A DNA stretch of 64,000 nucleotides. Origin: Hyaloraphidium curvatum SAG 235-1. Lineage: Eukaryota > Fungi > Monoblepharomycota. Each line of letters begins with the position of its first letter. Position 1 is the first letter of the stretch. A program made the translations under genes and the position numbers. Where the stretch lies: contig JAIVFI010000004.1 in assembly GCA_025558095.1 (NCBI GenBank), positions 893,335-957,334 on the forward strand, in the 5' to 3' direction. Below the pieces are notes generated by a model. The model was not told where the DNA came from. It saw only the letters and a list, made by a program, of their open reading frames with translations, and did not search any database. Below, in pieces: positions 35,590 to 47,543 of this stretch.

Positions 35590-38500
35590 TCAATCGACCA
35601 TGGCCGCCTCGATCTCCTTCCGCAACTCCACCTCCTTCGCTTTGATCGACTGCAGCCCCTCCCGCGGCGCCAGAACCTCCAGCTCCGACACCACCGCCTT
35701 CTTCCACGCGGCATCCATCGCAGGGGTGCCCTTGATCGCACCGAACAGCTGCCCGAGGCAGCGCAGTGCGTTCTCCCGTACCGCCGAGTACTTGTAGTCC
35801 GCCAGCGCGCGCAGCAGTCCCCGCGCGAGGCGCAGCGCAGACGCGGGGTCCATCACCCGCATCCCGTCGTTGCAAGTCGCCAGGTCGAGCTTGGGCAGGA
35901 AGATCTCGAGGGACTGCAGCACCGCCTGCCGAAGGTTCCACGGCTGCAGCTCGTCGAGGCTGTCGGCGAGCAGCCCGGCCAGCTCCTTGGCGTGCTCCTC
36001 CTGCGTCGCCTTGGCCGTGCCCGCGGGCACGAACGCGGCCCCGTTGGCGGTCCCTTTGGCCTTATCCGGCGGCGCAACCATGGCGGGAAAGGCCTTGACA
36101 AGCGCTTTGTACGACGCCGCGCGGATGAGCAGCGAGAGAGGCGACACCCGCTTGCCCGAAATGGGCTCCCCCCTCGCGTCCTTCATCTGCACGTCCTCGT
36201 CGTCGTCCTCGTCGTCCCCCGCGTCCTTGGCCGCGTCGAACGACACCTCGCGCACGGCGGCGTACCAGTCCCGCCCCGGGAAGGCCTCGAGAAAGTTCCC
36301 CCACTGCTCGATGGCCAGGCGGCGGTATGGCCTGTTGTTCTTCTTGGCCTCGCGCACGAGCACCTTGAAGATGGCGTCGAGCTTGGCATCGCCCCCGGGC
36401 CCGGCAAACGATTCCTTGCCCGCCACCACGACCCCGACCAGGCCCTCGAGCACGGCCTCCTTGCCGTCCCACGTCCGGCCCGCGATCGCGTCCGTCATCA
36501 CCTTGACCAGCCCGTCGACGTGCTGCCCCAGCGGGTTCCCCGACGACCCCGCCAGCGCCTTTGCCAGATCCCGCACCGTCTCCCCCGCCTGCCTCTTGAC
36601 CCCCCAGCTCGCGCTTCCCCCCACCAGGCCCCCGAGGAGCCCCACCGTCTCGGCCAGGTACATCCGCAGCGCCGACGACGCCCCCGCCGTGTTGTCCTCC
36701 CACACGTCCTTCCACGCCCCCGCCACCTCCTCGTTGGGGTCGTGCATCCCGTAGTACGCCAGCGGCAGCGCGACGTCCAGGCAGCGCGACTTGAACGCGT
36801 CCGAGGAGTGCCGCGAGAGCTCGCGCATGGCAAAGGCGGGCACCAGCCCGGCGTCGGGGTCCTCCCCGGCGGCGGGGCCGGCGTACATGCCCCTGAGGTC
36901 CTCGACGAGCTTGCCCAGCGCGGCGGGGGAGCATGCCGAGCCGAGGTACCCGATGCTCACGGCGTAGGCCTTGCGGAGGGTCGGGTTGCGGTCGGAGACC
37001 ATGCCCGCAAGCACCGCACGGAGCAGCGAGTCCGCGTCGGCGGGCTGGATCAGCGAGGGGTGCCGCACGACCAGGGTGACGATGAACCGCGCGCACCCGG
37101 CCTTGGTGGGCAGGCCGACGCCCTTGCGCGCGATCTGGGCGAGCTTGGGGAGGATGGCGCCGATGTTGGTCCCGTCGACGTGGTCGACGGCGCCCTCGAG
37201 GGCCTGCATGACGGGCGAGCCCTTGGTCGCGCTCAGGCGGGAGCTGTCCAGCTGGTCCTGCGTGACGCCGTACTTGTCCGCGTTGAGGGCGAGGTAGTTC
37301 ATCATCTGCGGCTCGAGGTCCGAGAGCGACTCGAGCAGGACCGTGACGAGGTCGGCAACGTGCGGCCGGAGCAGGACGGCGCCCTTCTTGCAGAGCTTCA
37401 TGATCGTCTGCAGCGCGAACGACCGCACGTCCTTGGCCATGTTGGTGAGCCCCTTGTGCAGCATGAAGGGCAGCACGATGTCCATGATCTTCTGGCCGTC
37501 CTTGGGGCTCGACACGGTCGGGTCCGCGAACTTGACCGTCACGCTCGTGAGGGTCTTGCAGGTCGACAGCGCCGCGGTCCGCACGGTCTCCTTGATGTCG
37601 TCCAGGCACCGGAAGCACATGGTCCAGACCTCGTCCAGGTACGGCTGAAGCTGCTCGATCGAGCGCCCGTTCATGAGCTCGGCCATGGCTGAGCAGCTCG
37701 CCTCGCGGGTGCGCCACAGGCGGTCGCCCATCCCCGCGAGCAGATCCCGCGCGATGGCGTCAAAGTGCGCGTCGACGGCCTTCTGCGGCTCCTTGACCAG
37801 GGCACGCCAGATGTTCTGCATCGCCTCGGCGACCTTGGGATTGGCGTCGAAGCGGTAGCGGAAGAGCTTGGGCACGAGCGTGGGGAGGTACTGCGAGAGC
37901 TCCTCCTCGGCGGCGGCCATGATGGAGGCGATGCCCATCGACGCTCCGCGCCGCGAAGACCAGATGGCGTTGTGTGAGGCGAGATTCTGGTGAGGGACAG
38001 TTCGTTAGTCAACCAATCAAGAGTGCGGAAGAAGGTACTTTCCATAAAGCGATACACGAGCTCAGGATTGTTCAAATCCGCGGCCAGAGACAGCACGGAC
38101 TGGTATGTCGAGATTGCGCCGCCCGAGTCGCCCGGCGCTGACCCCAGGCTGGTCTCGAAAAGTTGCGTGTCGCCCGTGAGAGTGCCGCCTTCGCCTGCGA
38201 CCCGCTTCTTGGTGTCGACGAGGGTCCCCATGAGCCCGCGGACGAGCTCGGAGCGGGTGTCCTTGTCCGCGAGCTCGTAGACCAGGCCGATGCCCTTGGA
38301 AGCGACCTCTTGCGTGAACTCTGTGGGTGAAGGCGAACCATTTCGTTACAGCTCGTAGCTGCATTGGCGTGAAAAGTCACCCACCGTCCCGATCAGTGAG
38401 AAGGCTCCTGAACGCCGAGTAGAGCCGTGGCATCCGCTTGCCAAACTCGGGCATCCCCGAGCAATGCCTCACGACCGCCAGCAGCCACACGCACACTGCC

Positions 38501-41500
38501 CTGCGCGCAGCCGCCCCGCCCTTGCTCATGATCCCCTCGAGGCTGGCGAAGATGCCGTCAAGCAGCGCCGGGTCGCGAGCCGTCCGGTCCGGAGGGGGGA
38601 AGGCGACGTCTGGGAGGTCGAGGTGCCGCGCAGCAGTGCTCGAGGACCACCCGCCCGCGACGGCGGCGATCCCCTCGCCGACGGCGAACTGCGACTCGAC
38701 CTGCTTCGGGAACAGCGTGGCGAGGGAGTAGAAGAAGTCGAGGACGCGGCTTGATAGAGAGGGATCGCCGAGGGTGAGGTCGGCGAGGGCAGCAACGGCG
38801 GTCTCCTGAAGCCGCGGCTCCTTGGCCTTGCGCACGACTTCGGCGAGCTTGTGCACGACCTCCTCGCGCGGCGTCTTGGGCTTGGGCGGCGTGCCGTTCT
38901 CCTTGGCCGCCGTCGGAGTGGCACTGTCGCCGTTGGGCGCCGCAGAAGCCGCTCCGTCTGCGTCCTTCGCCACCTCAGCCGCCGGTTCCTCCCGCTTGCC
39001 CTCCTCCCCATCGACCTCCATCGCATCGCCCCCTCCGACGGGCAGCGGCACGTAGCGCCCCAGCTCCGCCACAGCCGCCACGCTTCCACCCTGAAGCATC
39101 CCCGCACCCGTCCCCGACGCATCGAGCCCCGCCACCGCCGCGCCCGAAAGCTGCGCGACAAGCTCCGCCGGCACGTTCGCCGCGGCGCCGCGGTACGCCG
39201 TCCGGGAGTAGAGGTACGAGGCGGCGAGCAGCGCGCCGTGGCGGTGCTCGGGGGTGACTGTCTTGTCCTCGGCCGGGGTGCGGGCGGTGTCGACCAGGCC
39301 GCGAAGCAGGCCCGAGAGGGGTTCGGGAGGGAGTCCGGAGGCGAGCAGGCCGAGGAGGTGCGCGGCCGAGGTGCGGAGTTGTATCCGTGTCGATTGCAGG
39401 AACGGCTACAAGGACGTGGCGAGCAGCACATGTCAGCGAAGCTGCGTGACGCCAAGACGCCCCAACCTACCATCAACCAGTCCGCCGCCGATCCCGCCGC
39501 CTTCTCCACCTCGTCCCTGATCCCCTTCCCACCCAGTGCCGTCATCTCCAGCAGCACGGCCGCGCAGGTAGCTTGCAACGGCTCGTCCGCCGTCCGCGAG
39601 AGCATGGGCCCCTCCAGCAGCGAAATGTACCCCCTCACCCCCTCTGCCTCCTCGCCCTCGAGCGCCCCGGCGAGCCACTTGCCCGCGGCCTTGCCGACTT
39701 CCGCATCCGGCGCCGGATCGTCCGCCTCCAGGCTCGGGTACTCGGCCGTCGCCTTGCCCGGCGCACCAAGGTGCAGCACCAGGCAACGGCCCCAATCCGC
39801 GGCGGCTGCGTAGAGCTCCACGGTCCACCCGCCAACCGTCTTGCCTCGCGCCCCGGGGCCGGACTTGGCGTCGTTCAGCTCCACCAGGAACCCCCTCAGC
39901 GTCGGCAACCCGCGCTTCCCGAGCTTCAGGCAGGCCGGCCATCCCCTCCTCCCTGATCTCGGGGCGCGCGTCGGTGGCCGCCACGAGGCACCGCACCCGT
40001 GCCCAGGCGTCTTCCGGGGGGTACAGCCGCGCGGCGTACTTGGCCGCCGCGAAGCGGGCCTGGTGCGCCTCGGAGGCGGCGGCGGCGAGGATCGGCCCGC
40101 GCAGCGCGGCGAGCTGCGCGGCGGGGAGGCAGGAATAGGCGGGAGCGAGGACGGAGAGGAGGTCCAGCACGGATTGGCGTTCCGCGGCAGGGGTTTCGGG
40201 GGCAGAGAGGCGGGCGAGGAGGCGCGGGGGGAGGGCAAGGCCGGCGGGGGTGGTGGAGAAGAGGGCGGGAATGCGGGAGCAGAGCAGGCCGGCGGCGTCG
40301 TAGGCGAGCGACACGAGGGCAGCGCGGGTGGCGGCGTCCTTGCTCCCCGTGGCGTCGTCCTGCGGCTCCTCGGCGACCTTGGTGAAGCCGCCCAGAAGGA
40401 CGCCCCCGACGCGGTCGTCGAGCCAGCCGCCTGCGGGCTTGAGCTTGGCCGCGCGGAGGCACCACACGGCGAAGCGCATCCCTTCCAGGCGGAGCTTGGC
40501 GTCCGTCGACGCAAAGAGGGCGTCGAACGAGGCCTGGAGCAGCTGCGGGAAGGTGTTGGCCGCCAGCACCGAGCGCGAGAGGAGCTGCAGCAGCTTGGCT
40601 TTAAGCTGCGGCGGCAGAGGTGTCGCTCGCTCGGCGGCGGACGCCTTGTCCTGCTGCGAGCCCAGGAAGTAGAGGCCGTAGTAGTATGCCACGGCGTCCG
40701 CGGCCTCGAGGTCCGCCCGCCCAATCTTCTTCATCCCGTCCTCGCCCCGCGACGCGACCTCCGAGATGCCGTCGACCGAGGCGACCAGGAAGCACCAGTA
40801 GCGCTCCTTCGTCAGCAGCTTCTGGTCCGGAAAGGCCAGCGACGACGCGAGAAGCCTGACCGCGGCGGCCTTGGTGGTCCCCAGCTGCGCGGCGTGGAGC
40901 GGGCCGCCCGGGGTGAGGTTCTTGTAGGTCCGCGAGCCCTCGGCGCCCGAGGGCGTGCCGAGGAGGAACAGCAGCTCGGGCTGGGACAGGCCCGGCTGGG
41001 GAGTGAGGGGGTCCGGGGCCGGTTCCGGGGCGCCCCGCGAGGCGAGCAGCTCGGCCTGGGTTTGGTTGGCCTTGGGCTTGGGCGGCGGCGGCGGGTGGTA
41101 CAGGAGAAGATGGGCGAGGCGCTGGCAAACGAACAGCGCGTCGGGCTCGGCGAACGCCGGCGCGGCCGAGGCGGGAGGGGTCAGCGAGGTCGGCGGGGCG
41201 TACGTCGGGAGGAGCTACACCAAAATGGCGCACGGAATGACATAATGAGGGTCAGCAGGGTCGAGATCACGGGGAATGGCGGTGGCCCACCGAGAGAAAC
41301 ACGCCGAACGCGGCCATCTTCCACGCGCCCCTGCCCTCCCCGATTCCGCGGACCAGCAGCGGCACCAGCCTGCTCTGCGCGTCCTTGTCCAGCCTGCCGA
41401 CGCCAATGTCCACAAAGACCATGCCCATGGTCCGCAACAGGTCCGACGGCGGCCCGGTCTTGGGTGCCTTGGCGAGGTCGCCCCACAGGTCCAGGATGCC

Positions 41501-41928
41501 CTCCACGGGCACCTTCAGGGAGGCCTCCGACCTCGCCCTCTTTGCCAGCGAGCCCAGCACTTCGAGGGCCTTCTGGCGGACGGGCGCCGACGAGTCCAGC
41601 TTGAGCAGGATGGCCGGGAGGAAGGCGGCCAGCGGCCCCGCGAGGTCTGCCGTCGGGGTCAGCGCGAGCTTCAGCTCGGCGCTCTCGAGGAGAGCTGAAC
41701 GCGGAAAGAATATGCGAATTAAATCAAATGGGGGAGATTAGAGGAAATGGAGTCCAGTAGGGAACGGTGGGCGGGGAGAACGACGCGGTCAGATCTCCGT
41801 CGCACGCGGGCATTGCGGCGGCCGAGCGCGACGGGGCGCTCCGGGAGCCCGCCGGCCACTGAGCAAAACGTACCGAGCTCCTGCTGCGCGCCGGCGTCCG
41901 GCGTCACGGCCGACATCGCGTTCGCCAT
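35590..41928 (-). CDS. ECM29: Proteasome adapter and scaffold protein ECM29 (HEAT repeats), with an apparent 4-nt frameshift at 39927-39934
   Basis: N-terminus QQEL|ALLESAELKLAL...FLPAILLKL. Later EFTQEVASKGIGLVYE, STYQSVLSLAADLNNPELVYRFM, LVPKLFRYRFDANPKV, WRTREASC, FRCLDDIKETVR and LLESLSDLEPQMMNY. Confidence 0.92.
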
Positions 41929-42339
41929 AGCGTGTTCGGCGAGCGCTTGCGACGCGTGGGCTGCCGCGCCGCCGGCCGGGCGTCGCTCACCTTCGATTGC
42001 ACGCCCCGGACCTCCCCGGGCCCATAGCAGCTCAATGCTTCGGGAGTCCTCCCCTGGGTTAACGTCTCATTAGCAGGATCTGCCACCTCGCTGGAGGATG
42101 GAGCTCTGACTCTCTGACGTGCATTCACCGTGCCTCGATACTCTCATTGGGACAGAATCAGCGAAGGCCGCCGATGCCCAAAAGGGCTCGTACACATTTT
42201 GTCTGCCAATACGAAACATGCAAATACTACTCTTGAACCAAATCCAACGTCCTCCCCAGCCCGCCCCGTCCCGGCCGGCTCAGATCAGAGGGACTTCCAC
42301 CCCTGGCCCGGACCCGTGTCGGCAGGTGACCGCGGAGAA

Positions 42340-42938
42340 CTACGCAGGACACGTTGAGGCACCTTTGACCGAAGTGGTGGCAGCGGCGATGGTCGTCCAG
42401 GAGCTGCACGAGTCGTGGAGGGTGCAGCGGGAACCGTTGGGCCTGTAGTTGGCGATGGTGCAGCCCGCCTTGGCGTCGCACAGACTGCGGCAGTCCGCGA
42501 GCGACGTTGCGGTGGTCCTTTCCTGGTTGGCTCCGATGGAGCATGTGGCTTCGGCGGCACAGTCCGTGTACGACGTGTCGGCCGGCACTTCCGGTACGGA
42601 GCGGCGATCATCCCGCGCTCTCGGCCGTGTCACGACGGCCGCGACTCACCGCCGTACCGCCGGTAGAGCTCCCGGGCGTTGGCTTCGACCTTGACGCAGG
42701 CGACGTATCCGTCGGGGGTGCCTGGGTAGCCGAACTCGCTGGTGCGGGGACCGCCGCGGCGGATCAGTCTCTGCACCGGGAGCGTGCGGAGCCGGGGGAG
42801 CCACCAGAAGTTGCCGGTAGGGCAATACACGCAGGAGCGCGCGAACACCTTTTGCGGGGCCGGGGCCGGGGCGGCGGCGCAGGCGCCTGCGAGGGCGAAC
42901 AACGCGAGGGCAAGGAGGAGGGCGGAGGGGCGCGGCAT
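42340..42938 (-). CDS. Small secreted protein: unnamed 4-Cys module + PAN/apple domain (3 exons)
   Basis: Signal peptide MPRPSALLLALALFALAGACAA, then KVFARSCVYCPTGNFC|EFGYPGTPDGYVACV...LYRRYG. PAN-like SLADCRSLCDAKAGCTIANY....SRCTLH. Confidence 0.8.
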
Positions 42939-44000
42939 GGCGGAGATCAGCAATGCCGGCAGTTGTCGATCCAATGTCTTGCGTGTCGCGTTAATCGCCC
43001 CGCCAGGGTCCTGACGATCGGGGTCTGACGATGGCCGTATAGCGGCGGCAGGTCCCATCCCTACTCAATGGTCCCTCACATCTTGGCGCAGCAGCGGAGG
43101 AAAAACCCGGCCGTCGGCCTGCTAGTGCATCACTTCATGTCTACTTTTGCAATAGCTGTTGCCCCGTTGCACTTCGCGGTGCGAGCGGCAAGCGGTCGTC
43201 GCGCGGTTCCCGCCCGCCGATCACACCCGAAATGGGTCCGCCACCCGGAAGCCGCCCGGCGCATCGGCGTTTTGCTCAGATCCGGACGGTCGAGAAACAA
43301 CAAGACCTACCTAGCTATCTCCCCCGGCACGCGACTGCAGCTGGCCGCTGGCCGCTGCCGATCAGTTTCCGCGCGCGCTGTCAGCAACGCCAAGCCGGCC
43401 ACCAGCCTGTGGCCGGCGGAGTTTCTCTGGCCGGGGATCGGGTCCGCCGGGCGGCATCGTCGACGATTCGCACGCCGCAACCTAATATCAGGCTGCTTGG
43501 CAAAGTGCCCTCTCGCAGCACTGCAGCACGGACGGGGCCGGCAGGTCCCGGGCGGCGCCCGGCAGAGCAGGCGACGGAGGAGGGATGCCCAGCGAGGTTG
43601 AGGCTTCAGTCGTCGACCTCTGCACCGTGTTGCGACGCTGACATGTTTCATCATGTGTTACGGTACTATGCGGTGAGTTTCCTGGGGGATCCATTGATTT
43701 CGGTATGTTCCCGGTAGGGGCACAGTTTTCGTGCGGGGTCTGGCCTAGGGGTGCGCGCGGCCACACGGCGCTGTTGCGACACCCTGACCGCAATTCTCGC
43801 GGGTCTAGGAGCGTCAACGAAGGAGTGGTAGGATCTCGCGGCCCGGCTCGCCCCCCAGGGCGAACCGTTTCCGAGACATACATCAACGAGCACTGTTCCC
43901 CAACCACAACAGATCCAAAGCCCTTGGCAAGACCCGGAAGTCCCAGCAGAACGATTCCAACGCACCAAAGAGGGTCCCGCCCCGCCCCTCCCCGCCCCGT

Positions 44001-44171
44001 TCACTTGTGCAGGTTCGCGTCGTTTGGGAGGGTGACCTCGCCGATGCCCTTGACGACCTCGGCGCGCGACTTGGTCATGTAGTTGACGCAGCTGCTCGTC
44101 GCCCAGAAGACGGACCACGCAAAGGCCGCGCCGACGGCGGCGGAGGCGGCGGTGGCCAGCGGCGCGGCCAT
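44001..44171 (-). CDS. Putative 56-aa single-TM microprotein
   Basis: MAAPLATAASAAVGAAFAWSVFWATSSCVNYMTKSRAEVVKGIGEVTLPNDANLHK*. GCCATGG start context and nearly all codons end in G/C. Shorter than any ORF listed in the track. Confidence 0.6.
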   Translation of the reverse strand: MAAPLATAASAAVGAAFAWSVFWATSSCVNYMTKSRAEVVKGIGEVTLPNDANLHK

Positions 44172-44647
44172 GGCAGCAGACCGAGACGGCGCGTAGAATC
44201 TGGGGGAGACGTTTGGGAACCTCTCTAGGACGACGCACCCTTGGGCTGTCTGGTCTGGTCTGGTCTATCCGCCGGCGTCGCACTACCTGAGTAACTCGAT
44301 GCCACTCGGGGAGGCAGGCGTTCATCCTCCAGCATTGTCGAAGGATCCTGCCGCTTAGGGAAAACCCCCAACAATTCGGCGGCCACCGCTCGATGTCCCT
44401 GCGAATGTGCCTTTGTACGGATTGCATCGCGATGCTGCTGAATGCTTTGAACAATCTAGAAAGGATCGAATCCAGGATTTGCGGTCCTCAACGTCGGGCT
44501 TCATCTGACCTTCGCTCCGGGGGCGACGCAGGCCGCTTTCCTTTCAATATACGTGCAGCGGTATTGTTCGCACGTCTCGAGGCGATGGTATAGAAGATCA
44601 CGTCCACCGGTGCTACACTAGTGCCCGACCTGAGTCCCTCTCGCGCG

Positions 44648-45242
44648 CTACTTGCTCCCCGGGATCACGTACGTCCCGTCCACCACCTTCCCCACCCTCC
44701 CATCGATATCGACGTGTTCCGGTTTCCCCACGAACGCAGTCCGCCCGTCCGCCCCGACCAGGAAGCACATCGGCAGCCCCAGCCTGGCCTTGCCGGCGGC
44801 CAAAAAGGCGTCCGCGAAGAGCCCCTCGACACCGCCCTCGGCCGGCGGCGCGTCGACTGCCACGGGGTACGTCATGCCGTCGCCCTTGGAGGCCACGAAC
44901 TTCTCCACGCGCTCCTGGATTTCGTCGGGCTCGCCGGCCTCGCGCACGGCGACGGCGACGATGCGCAGGTCGGGGTACTTGCGGTGGAGCGCCTCGAGGT
45001 GCGGGATGTTGGCCTTGCACGGCGCGCACCTGCGAAAGCAAAAGCAGGATAGAATGAGAGGGAATAGGGAGACAGAGGGAGAGAGATTGGGCGTCAGAAG
45101 AAGCGGGAGCGGGTGGGCAGGCAACGCACCACGTCGCCCACGCCTCGCACAGCAGCGGCCCGCCCGGCGCCGGCGGCGCGCCCCGGATGTACGTCAGCTC
45201 GGGCAGGGCAGGGAACGGCTCGTTGAGCTTCGGCGGCGGCAT
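44648..45242 (-). CDS. TlpA/ResA-like redoxin (thioredoxin fold)
   Basis: EAWATW|CAPCKANIPHL (WCxxC split by an intron at about 45030-45127), MTYPVAVD, GLPMCFLVGADG and FVGKP. Confidence 0.85.
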
Positions 45243-46168
45243 GGCGGCGAGCTGGGTGGGTCCCCGTTTTCGGGGTCTGCCGCAAGGGATCGCGGGAGGC
45301 GTAGGGACCGGCCGCCGCATCGCTTCGCCAGTTCGCAATCTTCTTCCTGACCTGACATTCAGATACGAATCAATCCATGCCAAAGATTCTGTATGATCCT
45401 CTCAGTGCCCACCGCGCGGAGCCTCCTGTAACCTGGCTGAGGCAGCCTCCGCAATCGGTGCTCCGACCGCGCACCCCGCGCCCGGCGGCGAGCTCTTCTT
45501 CCTCCCTTCATCTGCGGTCAACGCTGTTTTGATCATGCAGCAGATCCCGAGAGATCCTTTCAAGCGGCGCCACGCCCTCCACTCCGGACAGCTAAAGAGC
45601 GCGGCGTACAGTACCACCGCGACCACGCCGGTTGCGCTTCGCAAGCACGCTCCGCGACATTCCTGCGCTGCCTTTCCTAGTCTTTAACAATCCGCCAATT
45701 GGTTGTTCAGATCCTGGGACATCCTTCCAAAGCATCCGTTCGAGGCCGGCATCCATCAAGCGAGTGGCCCCAAGTCCAAACCGAATCCGATCGAAGTCCG
45801 GCTGGAACTTGAAACCGTGCAGGAGTCAATGAGGCCCCTTGGCATCCCCAGTGTCACACGATGCCGGCGGGTCAAGTGTGAAAGTGAGAGGGGGAGGCGC
45901 AGACGGCGAACGAAAACCGCGCCCGACGGATGACTCTTTGCTGGGTTTGGCCGAGGGCCGGTGAGACAAGTCCTTGCATCGGGCGACATCGGAAGCTCGG
46001 AGTGGGGAACACCAGCGCAGCGATACGGGCCCGCGTCCCGTCGCCGGGTTTGTGAGTCACAGAAGGGGACGCAGGGCTCGGAACCGAGGCTGTGCCCGCA
46101 TCCTCAACCAACCAAGTCACAACGCACCCGCTCCGAAGAGCGCGTCCGAACCTCCAAAGCACCCGGAA

Positions 46169-47228
46169 ATGGCGCGCGCTATCTTGCCCGTCGCCCTCGT
46201 CCTTCTCGCGGCCGCGATGGCCGCGGCGTCGCCGGCTCCGTCGGTTGCACTGCCTTGCGAGTCATCACGTCGGGCTCACTTCCCTGCTCTGGACAGGCAC
46301 GCGGTGTTCAAGCGCTCGTGCGCGGAGTGTTCCGACGAATATTATTGGTGAGCATACCCGGGGCCCGTTGCCCGGTTCCCCGAGGGCCGCCCGCGATCCG
46401 CCTTGTGGAAACACCGTCTGACCCGCACCGTCCCCGCTTCTGGCGGGCAGCGAATTCGCCTACCCCGACGCGCCCGACGGCACCGTCGCGTGCGTGCGCT
46501 ACCCCGCCGGCCGCCGCCTGCTGTACCGGGCCTACGCCGCGCCGTGCGACGGATCGAACCCGTGCCAGAACGGCGGCACCTGCAGCTCGGGCACCTGCCT
46601 GTGCAGCCCGCCGTTCGAGGGGTCCAACTGCGAGGTGTGTTTCACCTGACCACTTTTGTGACTCCTCGAAGTTGACGACGCCCTCCTTCCGGGCACGGCA
46701 CGAAACAGACCTGCAACGCCGCGCAGTGCCAGAACGGCGGCACCCAGGTCCTCACCTGCGCGCAGGGCATGGGATGCCAGTGCTCTACCGGATGGTCCGG
46801 CCCCACGTGCGAGGTAGGCCCGCTGCGATTGCAACGCCGGGCCGGATCCGGGCACGCTGACGCCCCATGCAGCAAGCGATCGTCTGCGCCAACCAGCCGT
46901 GCAAGAACGGGGGCACATGCCAGGACTTTGGGACCTACGCCAGCTGCGCGTGCCCGCAGTATCTGACGGGGCCGACCTGCGAGGTTGGTTCGGCCGACGC
47001 CCGGTGCCTGCCGCCTCACCAACGGGCCTGACCTCGCGACCGTTCATCCGATCCAGGCCGTCGACTGCTCCGGCTCCAACCCTTGCTACAACGGAGGAAC
47101 CTGCTCGGGCGCAAAGTGCCTCTGCATGCCCGGCTATTCCGGGATCCTCTGCTGGGTGGGAGTCGTTCGTCGCGCAATGAGGCCGCTAGCATCTGACCGC
47201 CCGCGCCGTTCCGCAGACCCAGACCTAG
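46169..47228 (+). CDS. Secreted protein: unnamed 4-Cys module + 4 EGF-like repeats
   Basis: Signal peptide MARAILPVALVLLAAAMAAA, then HAVFKRSCAECSDEYYC|EFAYPDAPDGTVACV. EGF repeats NPCQNGGTC...CLCSPPFEGSNCE, QCQNGGT...CQCSTGWSGPTCE, QPCKNGGTC...CACPQYLTGPTCE and NPCYNGGTC...CLCMPGYSGILC, separated by introns. Confidence 0.85.
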
Positions 47229-47543
47229 AGAGGCTCGCGCGACATTGCCATTCGAGATTCCTGTACACTAGTATCATTGTTCCTCGCTTTCGATAAGTTG
47301 CACTGGGGAAGCTCTGCCTCGTTCGCGGCAGACGTCATCAAGTGGGCTAGCCTTAGTCCAACGCGGATCCGCATCCGCTATCGAGCTAGGATTTGAAGAT
47401 TGTAGCATCCCGCATCATCGATCCATCCGGGATGCGGACGATCCTCGATCGCCGATAGAGCTGGCTCTAGCTCTCCCCCGCCCGCAAGCGAACCTCCGCC
47501 CCGGACCCCGCCCGGGCGCGCATCGCGTCCCTCCACGCCGGCC

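Noticed and set aside
35431-37692. Long antisense and alternative-frame ORFs (e.g. 753 aa opposite ECM29, 607 aa opposite GH35, 497 aa opposite the SdrD gene)
   Set aside because: These are Arg/Gly/Ala/Pro-rich shadow ORFs expected from extreme GC3 bias, with no recognisable motifs.
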